A stretch of DNA of 64,000 nucleotides from an uncultured Bacteroidales bacterium (GTDB lineage Bacteria; Bacteroidota; Bacteroidia; Bacteroidales; Muribaculaceae): contig CAMWNG010000003.1 in assembly GCA_947175575.1 (NCBI GenBank), positions 9,796 to 73,795 of the forward strand. Direction: 5' to 3'. The notes under the pieces were generated by a model, which was given only the letters and a program-made list of their open reading frames with translations, was not told the origin of the DNA and did not search any database. The translations under genes were made by a program, and so were the position numbers. Below, in pieces: positions 56,888-64,000 of this stretch; the stretch's first letter is position 1; each line of letters begins with the position of its first letter.

Positions 56888-58757
56888 GTCACCACGTCCG
56901 CTCGAACTTCTGGCCCCTGCTCGCACCCCCGTCGAGGCGCGGCAGGCCATCTTGTTCGGAGCCGATGCTGTATACATCGGCGGACCGGCGTTCGGTGCCC
57001 GCTCCGCCGCATGCAACACAGTTGAGGACATCCGGTCGGTGGTGGAATTCGCACGACCGTTCGGGGTGAAGGTTTACGTGACTCTCAATACCATCATATA
57101 TGAATCCGAACTTAAAGAAGTGCGGAAACTTGTCGACACATTATATAATATAGGCGTCGACGCTCTCATAGTGCAGGATATGGCGTTGCTGTCGATGGAC
57201 ACCGCACCGATTGATCTGCATGCGAGCACCCAGACCGATGCACGCACTCCCGAAAAAGCCGCTATGCTCAGTCGCGCCGGTTTTTCTCAGATCGTGCTGC
57301 CGCGCGAGGCCTCGCTTGATGAGATAATCCAGTATGCCAAAGCTGCTCCGGATGCGTCGCTCGAGGTGTTCGTCCACGGAGCGCTTTGTGTGAGCTACAG
57401 CGGAGACTGCCATGCAGGCGCAGCCTTGACAGGCCGTAGCGCCAATCGTGGCGAATGTCCTCAGATCTGCCGTCTTAAATATACCCTTGAGGATGCTGAC
57501 GGTCATCCCGTCGCCGCACCCGACGGCAACAGCTCCACCCGCTACTGGCTGTCGCTCGCCGACATGAAACGCATCGACTATCTGGCCGAGCTTGCTGACG
57601 CAGGCGCCTCATCATTCAAAATCGAAGGCAGGCTAAAGGACGCCAACTATGTTCTGAATGTCACCAGGGCTTATTCGCAGGCTCTCGATCGTGTCGTAGC
57701 CGAATCCGACGGACGCTACTGCCGCGCGTCCTTCGGTCGTGTGATTTCGGATTATCGCCCCGATCTCGAGGCTACATTCAATCGCGGTTACACACCCTAC
57801 TTTCTCAACGCCGGCGCACGCACCGGGCTTGGTTCGTGGAACTCGCCAAAATGGGTTGGCCGTCCGGTTGGCCGGATGGTCGCTGCCGGCCGTAATTTCA
57901 TCGATGTCGACGTTTCAGGAGCAATTAAGAATGGTGACGGCCTCACGTTTTTCGATGCGGACGGCGAACTCGCCGGCTTCCGTGTCAATCGTGCCGAGGG
58001 ACGAAGGCTGTTCGCCGCTCCGGGCAGTCGCCTGCCGTCAAAACCCGGCACACAGCTTTACCGCAACGCCACAGCGCGCGATGATGCCCCCCTTGCTACA
58101 GCGCGGCGTGTAATCGACGTGTCCATGATCCTTTCACGTCTGCCTGACGGACGCGTAACTCTTTCGGCCACAGACTCGCGCGGGCTCTCCGCAGAAGTTG
58201 TTTCCGATACGCCTTTCACCGATTCACCCAAGACCTCACCGCTCGCTCACCGACACGAGACTCTTTCACGTCTTGGCAACACGATATACTCGCTCATCAG
58301 CCTCGATGACACGCTTGACGATGTTTTCATCCCCGCAAAAGCCCTGACCGAGCTTCGTCGCCGTGTACTCGAACGCCTCGACACGCTCGCACGCGACCGA
58401 TTCAAGCCCCGCCTCCGCCGTAAAGGTTCGCTGGCGTCCGACGCGTTCCGGGGCATGACGTTCGACTACCACGCGAACGTGGCCAACAGCATGGCCCGCT
58501 CGTTTTACACCATCCACGGCGCCTCCCGGGTCGATCCGGCTTTCGAAACCGCACCTCCCGCGGGGCATCATCGCGTAATGACCACCCGCTACTGCCTCCG
58601 GCGCGAACTGGGAGCATGCCTTCGAGGCCCGGGAGCGTCACGCCTTCCCGCACAGCTCTTCCTTTCGGCTCCCATCGGACGCCTCCGGCTCCGGTTTGAC
58701 TGCGATGCCTGCCGGATGGAGGTGTATGCAAAAACCAATTCCAACAAAAATAAGTAA
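56880..58757 (+). CDS. U32-family peptidase-like protein (long form with C-terminal extension)
   Basis: LELLAPARTPVEARQAILFGADAVYIGG, plus the Cys-rich region CVSYSGDCH...CPQIC and EGR. The ATG at 56880 overlaps the upstream stop. The track start at 56817 lies deeper inside the PHP gene. Confidence 0.85.
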   Translation: MPESPRPLELLAPARTPVEARQAILFGADAVYIGGPAFGARSAACNTVEDIRSVVEFARPFGVKVYVTLNTIIYESELKEVRKLVDTLYNIGVDALIVQDMALLSMDTAPIDLHASTQTDARTPEKAAMLSRAGFSQIVLPREASLDEIIQYAKAAPDASLEVFVHGALCVSYSGDCHAGAALTGRSANRGECPQICRLKYTLEDADGHPVAAPDGNSSTRYWLSLADMKRIDYLAELADAGASSFKIEGRLKDANYVLNVTRAYSQALDRVVAESDGRYCRASFGRVISDYRPDLEATFNRGYTPYFLNAGARTGLGSWNSPKWVGRPVGRMVAAGRNFIDVDVSGAIKNGDGLTFFDADGELAGFRVNRAEGRRLFAAPGSRLPSKPGTQLYRNATARDDAPLATARRVIDVSMILSRLPDGRVTLSATDSRGLSAEVVSDTPFTDSPKTSPLAHRHETLSRLGNTIYSLISLDDTLDDVFIPAKALTELRRRVLERLDTLARDRFKPRLRRKGSLASDAFRGMTFDYHANVANSMARSFYTIHGASRVDPAFETAPPAGHHRVMTTRYCLRRELGACLRGPGASRLPAQLFLSAPIGRLRLRFDCDACRMEVYAKTNSNKNK

Positions 58758-58771
58758 CACAAAATACAGCT

Positions 58772-59809
58772 ATGGAAAAAACTCGGATTCTTGTTACCGG
58801 TGGCACCGGATACATCGGTTCACACACCACTGTCGAACTGATCAACGCCGGTTTCGATGTAGTTATCATCGACAATCTTTCCAATTCCAACATCGACTCA
58901 CTTGACGGCATAGAGGCTATTACAGGCGTTCGGCCGGCTTTCGTGAAGGGCGACTGCACCGATTTCGCCACCCTCGAAAAACTCTTCGCCGACTATCCCG
59001 GCATCAAGGGCATAATCAACTTCGCCGCATCGAAAGCCGTAGGCGAAAGTGTTGAGAAGCCCCTGCTCTATTATCGCAACAATCTCACGACTCTCATCAA
59101 TCTGCTCGATCTCATGCCGCGCTTCGGCGTGAAAGGCTTCGTTTTCTCGTCGTCATGCACTGTCTACGGCGAGCCTGACGAAAATCCCGTCACCGAGAAC
59201 ACTCCCACCAAGAAAGCCACATCGCCATACGGAAACACAAAGAAGATTTCCGAGGACATCATCGTGGACACTGTCGCCTCCGGCGCGCCTTTCCGTTCCA
59301 TCATCCTGCGCTACTTCAACCCCGTGGGTGCGCATCCGTCGGCACTCATAGGCGAACTACCCAACGGCGTTCCCCAGAACCTCATCCCCTACCTCACCCA
59401 GACTGCCATTGGCATCCGCAAGGAGCTGAGTGTGTTCGGCAACGACTATCCCACTCCCGACGGTTCGTGCATCCGCGACTTCATCAATGTCGTAGACCTC
59501 GCCAAGGCCCATGTGGTAGCAGTCCGTCGCCTTGTGGAGGACAAGACCCTCGAGCCCGTCGAAGTGTTCAATCTCGGCACAGGTAACGGCGTGAGTGTCC
59601 TCGAACTGATCGACACCTTCGAGAAATCCACCGGAGTCAAGGTGCCCCACCGCATCGCACCGCGTCGCGCTGGCGATATAATCCAGGTATGGGCCGACCC
59701 CACCCGCGCCAACGAAGTGCTCGGATGGAAAGCCGAATCCACCCTGGCCGACACAATGGTGAGCGCATGGAAATGGCAGCAGCATTTACGCGAAAAAGGC
59801 ATAATGTAA
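58772..59809 (+). CDS. galE: UDP-glucose 4-epimerase
   Basis: VTGGTGYIGSHT, the YGNTK catalytic motif, 345 aa. Confidence 0.93.
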   Translation: MEKTRILVTGGTGYIGSHTTVELINAGFDVVIIDNLSNSNIDSLDGIEAITGVRPAFVKGDCTDFATLEKLFADYPGIKGIINFAASKAVGESVEKPLLYYRNNLTTLINLLDLMPRFGVKGFVFSSSCTVYGEPDENPVTENTPTKKATSPYGNTKKISEDIIVDTVASGAPFRSIILRYFNPVGAHPSALIGELPNGVPQNLIPYLTQTAIGIRKELSVFGNDYPTPDGSCIRDFINVVDLAKAHVVAVRRLVEDKTLEPVEVFNLGTGNGVSVLELIDTFEKSTGVKVPHRIAPRRAGDIIQVWADPTRANEVLGWKAESTLADTMVSAWKWQQHLREKGIM

Positions 59810-59814
59810 GTCTC

Positions 59815-61077
59815 ATGAAAGCATTTATTCTCACTGTCTCCATGCTTGCGGCGGTCAGCGTTTCGGCGCAGACCACTCCTGCCGAGGTGGCCGCTTCTCC
59901 CGGCAAAGCCGGCGGTGTCTATTTCGCTTATCCGGTCACCGAGAGTCTCAACACCCCGGCTCCGGCGGGTTATAAACCGTTTTACATCAGTCATTACGGT
60001 CGTCATGGTTCCCGCTACCTCATCAGCGATGATGATTATTCCCGCGTGCGTGACACCTTCCATAAAGCAGCCGAGGCAGGCGCGCTCACACCGCTCGGAC
60101 TCGATGTGATGGCTCGTCTCGACAGTCTGTGGGTCGAGGCCGAAGGCCGGGGCGGCGAACTCTCACCGCTCGGACGTCGGCAGCATCACGACATCGCCGC
60201 GCGCATGTACACAGCCTTCCCCGAGGTCTTCGCTCCGGGCGCGGATATGTATGCCTCGTCAACAACCATCATGCGATGCGCGCACTCCATGTTCGCCTTC
60301 ATCGAAGGCCTCAAGGAGCAGGCTCCCTATCTTGAAATTCCTCGCGAGAGCGGCGAGCGCGACATGTTCTTCCTCAACTATCACAGCCCCGAAAGCGGTT
60401 GGTACACAAGTCACGATGGTCCCGGATATCAGCCGTGGAAACGCTTCCGCGAGAAACAGACCCGGCCCGACCGCCTCGTGGCATCGCTGTTCTCCGATCC
60501 GGACTATGTGAACATGTGGATCGACCCAGCCGAGCTGATGTGGCAGCTCTACTGGGTGACGGTCGACACCCAGAACATGGAGACACCCGTGGAACTCTAC
60601 GACATTTTCACACCCGAGGAACTTTATGCCCTCTGGGAGGTGTTCAATTTTCACTTCTTCAGCCGTAATTCGAGCTACGCCCCTGCCGAAGGGCATTTCG
60701 TTGCCAACGCAGACAATCTCATCCGCAACATGGTATCGCAGGCCGACCGCGTGATTGCCAACGGAGGCCACGGCGCAACCCTGCGCTTCGGCCACGACGG
60801 CAACATCGTGCCCCTCACAGCCCGCTTGGGCCTCGAAAACTGTGCCACCGACGAGACAGATCCCGCGAAATTATCATCCGTGTGGACCGATTTCAAAATC
60901 TCTCCGATGGCTTCCAACGTGCAGATGATTTTCTTCCGCAATGATGACGGCGACATTCTCACCAAAATCATGCTCAACGAACGCGAGATTGCCGTACCGG
61001 TCGAAACCGATAACTTCCCCTTCTACCGCTGGATCGATCTCCGCGACTATCTCAATAACATCACCGAGACGAAATAA
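59815..61077 (+). CDS. histidine acid phosphatase (branch 2; Minpp/phytase-like), secreted
   Basis: Signal peptide MKAFILTVSMLAAVSVSAQ, the RHGSRY catalytic motif and a later HD (FGHDGNI). The track start at 59689 lies inside galE. Confidence 0.8.
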   Translation: MKAFILTVSMLAAVSVSAQTTPAEVAASPGKAGGVYFAYPVTESLNTPAPAGYKPFYISHYGRHGSRYLISDDDYSRVRDTFHKAAEAGALTPLGLDVMARLDSLWVEAEGRGGELSPLGRRQHHDIAARMYTAFPEVFAPGADMYASSTTIMRCAHSMFAFIEGLKEQAPYLEIPRESGERDMFFLNYHSPESGWYTSHDGPGYQPWKRFREKQTRPDRLVASLFSDPDYVNMWIDPAELMWQLYWVTVDTQNMETPVELYDIFTPEELYALWEVFNFHFFSRNSSYAPAEGHFVANADNLIRNMVSQADRVIANGGHGATLRFGHDGNIVPLTARLGLENCATDETDPAKLSSVWTDFKISPMASNVQMIFFRNDDGDILTKIMLNEREIAVPVETDNFPFYRWIDLRDYLNNITETK

Positions 61078-61089
61078 CCACATCCAAAG

Positions 61090-61135
61090 TAAGGCAAAGG
61101 CGGGCGCTGAAAAATCAGCGCCCGCCTTTGCCTTA
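61090..61135. terminator. perfect 21-bp hairpin between convergent genes (bidirectional terminator)
   Basis: taaggcaaaggcgggcgctga - aaaa - tcagcgcccgcctttgcctta. Confidence 0.75.
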
Positions 61136-61156
61136 CGGAATCAACTGTAATTCGGT

Positions 61157-61450
61157 TCAGAGCACTTTCTCCACTTCGGAAATAAGATCGTCAGCGGATA
61201 TTTCGCCGGAATGGCGCCATTTCTCTGCACTGTCCTTATATATAATAAATGTGGGAACGACCTCCACTTTGGCCGCGTCGGCATCCGCTTCGCAAGCATC
61301 GATGTCATATTGAGCCACGCGGGCACGGTCGGTCAACAGATTTTTCACTTGTTCCACCACCGGCATCATCTTGCGGCAGTGAGGGCACCATGAGGCATAA
61401 AATTCCACCAGGACCACGCCCGGCTGAGCGATTTCTTCTTTGTAAGTCAT
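61157..61450 (-). CDS. trxA: thioredoxin
   Basis: WCPHC active site, 97 aa. Confidence 0.9.
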   Translation of the reverse strand: MTYKEEIAQPGVVLVEFYASWCPHCRKMMPVVEQVKNLLTDRARVAQYDIDACEADADAAKVEVVPTFIIYKDSAEKWRHSGEISADDLISEVEKVL

Positions 61451-61484
61451 AGGTTATTGGGTTAGTAGTTCAGATACCTATACA

Positions 61485-62120
61485 ACGCCTCCGTCACCCC
61501 TAAAGTTCACCCCCGACGCGCCAACAAGCGGACCACGACGGTCTCCGCCGTGGCTGCCAACCCGACAAAACCAGGGACCCGCGCACGTCCCGGGCGCATT
61601 GCCTTCCCAACACAAAAGGACGCAACCACCCCTTCCGGCTACACCCGCGCAGCCGGGACGTCTGCGCCTCCCTGCCACGAGCCACCAACCCGGCAAAACC
61701 GCCCCTTCCGGCTACCCCGCCGCGTCCGGGACGGCCGCGGTCCGAACACTTGCGGCCGCCCCTCGGACCACGACGGTCTCCGGCGTGGCTGCCAACCCGA
61801 CAAAACCAGGGACCCGCGAACGTCCGGCGCTGCCAATCCGACAAGAAGGGACGCGCGAACGCCCCGGGCGCGTCTGCCAACCCGACAAGCCGGACGAAAC
61901 CACCCCATCCGGCACTCCCGCGCGCAGCCGGGACGTCTGCGCCTCCCTGCCACGAGCCACCAACCCGGCAAAACCGCCCCTTCCGGCTACCCCGCCGCGT
62001 CCGGGACGGCCGCGGTCCGAACACTTGCGGCCGCCCCTCGGACCACGACGGTCTCCGGCTTGGCTGCCAACCCGACAAAACCAGGGACCCGCACACGTCC
62101 CGGGGGCGTTGCCTTCCGGA
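61485..62120. repeat. GC-rich (C-rich on + strand) mosaic tandem repeat, about 2.3 copies of a 235/275-bp unit built from about 42-bp palindrome-bearing sub-repeats; non-coding
   Basis: cggaccacgacggtctccg starts at 61529, 61764 and 62039. 61649-61825 matches 61924-62100 with 3 mismatches. Sub-repeats beginning ctgccaa(c/t)ccgacaa start at 61554, 61789, 61830, 61874 and 62064. All six frames are open. Confidence 0.85.
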
Positions 62121-62241
62121 CAAAAATGTCATTCCGTCAACACATTCCTGTACGCAGTGGGCGCAAAAATATTGCGCCCCTACCGAATTGTTAAAATAAA
62201 AATTTCACACATATTTATATTGCAAAATATAAATATATTTT

Positions 62242-62249
62242 ATATCTTT
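62242..62249 (+). promoter_or_regulatory. -7 promoter box (TATCTTTG) for the Big_2 surface-protein gene
   Basis: Exact TAnnTTTG match in a very AT-rich stretch, with a TTG at about -33 (62220-62222). About 170 nt upstream of the ATG at 62420. Confidence 0.45.
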
Positions 62250-62419
62250 GCGGGAAAATTAGTCGAGGCATGTTCACACACCTGACCAAAACCATTCGAG
62301 CCACCGGCCGACTGTACAAATCGGCGCGGCGAATCAAAGTCTGCCTCACTTCCGAACCAATCGATTCACAAAAATAACCAATCAATCAAGATAGAACAAC
62401 TAACCAATCTCACAACAAT

Positions 62420-64000
62420 ATGAAAAAATTATTACTTTTTCTATTCGCTGCCATAGCCGCCCTCGGCCTCCACGCCGAAACTGTTGTAATGGTAGCACCT
62501 GGAGCCTCATATAATCCAACTAATGACGATGAGGCAAAATATGAAACTTCTGTGACTGCTCAAGGAAAGCAGTCCGGGACTATCAATGATTACATTAGTT
62601 ACGAATTTGAGGAAGCTACCTTTCGTTCTGACAAGCAAATTCGTCTAAATGCAAAAAAATATATAAAATTTAGTACTTCTGATAATATCAGTATTACTGA
62701 AGTCGTTTTTAATTGTACCTCCGCCTCCTATGCTAATATAACATATAATAGTAACGCTCTATCAAAAAATGGAGCAGTTCAAACATGGAATGGCACAGCT
62801 ACAGATGGTCTAATATTTAACACTAGCTCACAGTCAAGAGTAACCTGGATTAAAATTACCTATCAAACTACCGGTCCGAAAGAACCAGTCGATTACACAT
62901 CGTTACCTTCATTTGTTGATGTTATACTTGGAAATACAGCATCTGTCTATCTTGGTGAAACGCATCCCGAAATCACTTGGTCTTCTGCTGACGAAAACAT
63001 TGCTACCGTAGAAAATGGTGTTATAACCGGCGTAGCCAAGGGTTCAACAACTATTACAGCAACCTGGAATGCTGTTGAAAATGAATGGACTGCCGGTTCA
63101 GCCGAAATCAAGGTTAATGTTGCCGGCATCCCAACAATGTCTTTGATTAGTAGCACAGATGATCTCGAACTCGGGAAGTTTTATGCGATAGCATACAATA
63201 ATAATGTGGCTTCCACCGCTGAAAACTCCAATAAATTTTCTTCAGTTGAAGTAGCCATTGAAAATAATACTTTCAAAGCAAACGACGATGTGTTATTGTT
63301 CACCTTAATCGATAAAAACGATCAAGGTAATTACCTTATCCGGCTTGTGAACTATAACGGAACAAACGAGTATATCTCTACGACCTCAGGTGAGACATCT
63401 ATTTATAAGGTAAACGAATCAAGCGCCAAGTATGCCTCTATCAGCTTTACAACACAGAAAAATGTAAATATTTCATTTACGAGTACAACTGACCGCACTA
63501 TAAAATGGGGCACCAGTACCAAAGATTTTAGGAACTACGCATCTTCTAATGGAGCTGCTATTCAACTCTACAAAGAAGTTGAGCCGGAGATTGTAGAACA
63601 AGAATATTACCGTCCCCGCTGGAAAGAACAGACCCTGCAGGTAGGTAACCAATTTGCACAGGCTACTATTGCTCTCGGATATGAACATCCTGAGGTCATT
63701 TTCTCTTCAAGCAACGACGAAGTCGCTACCGTTGAAGGCAATGTTGTGACTGCTAAAGGCGTAGGTACGGCTATCATTACCGGCACATGGCAAGATAGTG
63801 AAAACTGGTTCGGCGACGCACGCGCGTTCCGCGTAAATGTTATCGGCAATAAGAAAGACCCCAATCTGCGATTCCAGCATGAGATCATCCACGGCAAACT
63901 CGGCGTGGGTGTAGCAGCTCAGGCAGCTCTCTACGACGGTGACGGTGAACTCACCTACGAATCGAGCAATGAATCGGCTGTTACTGTTGATAAAAAGACA
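62420..64000 (+). CDS. secreted/cell-surface protein with repeated bacterial Ig-like (Big_2) domains, N-terminal part (ORF runs off window)
   Basis: My own translation of frame 2 gives MKKLLLFLFAAIAALGLHA|ETVV..., with no stop through 64000 (527 codons). Big_2-like segments are ITWSSADENIATVENGVITGVAKGSTTITATW, VIFSSSNDEVATVEGNVVTAKGVGTAIITGTW and LTYESSNESAVTVDKKT. It is missing from the supplied track, presumably because no stop occurs in the window. Confidence 0.8.
   Translation, partial: MKKLLLFLFAAIAALGLHAETVVMVAPGASYNPTNDDEAKYETSVTAQGKQSGTINDYISYEFEEATFRSDKQIRLNAKKYIKFSTSDNISITEVVFNCTSASYANITYNSNALSKNGAVQTWNGTATDGLIFNTSSQSRVTWIKITYQTTGPKEPVDYTSLPSFVDVILGNTASVYLGETHPEITWSSADENIATVENGVITGVAKGSTTITATWNAVENEWTAGSAEIKVNVAGIPTMSLISSTDDLELGKFYAIAYNNNVASTAENSNKFSSVEVAIENNTFKANDDVLLFTLIDKNDQGNYLIRLVNYNGTNEYISTTSGETSIYKVNESSAKYASISFTTQKNVNISFTSTTDRTIKWGTSTKDFRNYASSNGAAIQLYKEVEPEIVEQEYYRPRWKEQTLQVGNQFAQATIALGYEHPEVIFSSSNDEVATVEGNVVTAKGVGTAIITGTWQDSENWFGDARAFRVNVIGNKKDPNLRFQHEIIHGKLGVGVAAQAALYDGDGELTYESSNESAVTVDKKT

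Noticed and set aside
61485-62120. CRISPR array hypothesis for the repeat block.
   Set aside because: There is no regular repeat-spacer alternation. The putative spacers are themselves repeated (275-bp periodicity), sub-repeats are degenerate and abut one another, and no cas genes occur in the window.
61478-62285. Ten overlapping track ORFs (60-228 aa) on both strands across the GC-rich block, considered as possible protein genes.
   Set aside because: All six frames are open simultaneously because the sequence is T-poor. The translations are R/P/G/A low-complexity. The ORFs follow the DNA repeat structure rather than any recognisable domain pattern, and none has a promoter box or a plausible start context.
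1-64000. Search by eye for tRNA, rRNA, tmRNA, SRP RNA, transposases, integrases, phage genes, toxin-antitoxin pairs, restriction-modification systems or known defence genes.
   Set aside because: None recognised. The gaps between features that I inspected showed no tRNA-like T-arm/acceptor pattern (I did not read every short gap closely). Every ORF over 100 aa that is not an antisense shadow is assigned a function class, except the partial ORF at 1-774. A covariance-model scan (tRNAscan-SE, Infernal) would be needed to exclude small RNAs formally.

Overview
This is a chromosomal window from a Bacteroidales-type genome. That origin is inferred from TAnnTTTG -7 promoter boxes 15-40 nt upstream of many start codons, frequent ATGA stop/start overlaps, and gene content (class III FBPase, DUF4290-rimM, a small P-II-like protein behind an RND pump).

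Most of the window is tightly packed housekeeping. It holds a menD-menB-menC-menE menaquinone cluster followed by TSCPD and dus genes, nrdDG, fbp, a TolC/MFP/RND efflux operon divergent from a Fur-family gene, purA, trpS, lptB-udk, mlaEF, holB, SurA-like PPIases, rpsF-rpsR-rplI, rimM, serCA, hisS, floA, a U32 peptidase, galE, a histidine acid phosphatase and a thioredoxin.

Two parts look accessory:
- 44.1-52.1 kb is a polysaccharide export locus (wza-wzc, strong terminator, then an AT-rich wzy-like/wzx/acyltransferase cassette). It has no glycosyltransferases and is followed by about 550 bp of AT-rich sequence with no ORF of 60 codons or more.
- 61.5-64.0 kb contains an unexplained, roughly 640-bp, strongly C-rich (+ strand) mosaic tandem repeat in which all six frames are open. 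After it come an AT-rich promoter with an operator-like palindrome, a long A/C-rich leader, and a low-GC secreted protein with Ig-like (Big_2) repeats. That ORF runs off the window and is absent from the supplied ORF track.

I recognised no rRNA, tRNA, CRISPR array, transposase, integrase or known defence gene. The GC-rich repeat block is the most unusual signal. I did not see a convincing multi-gene novel system.
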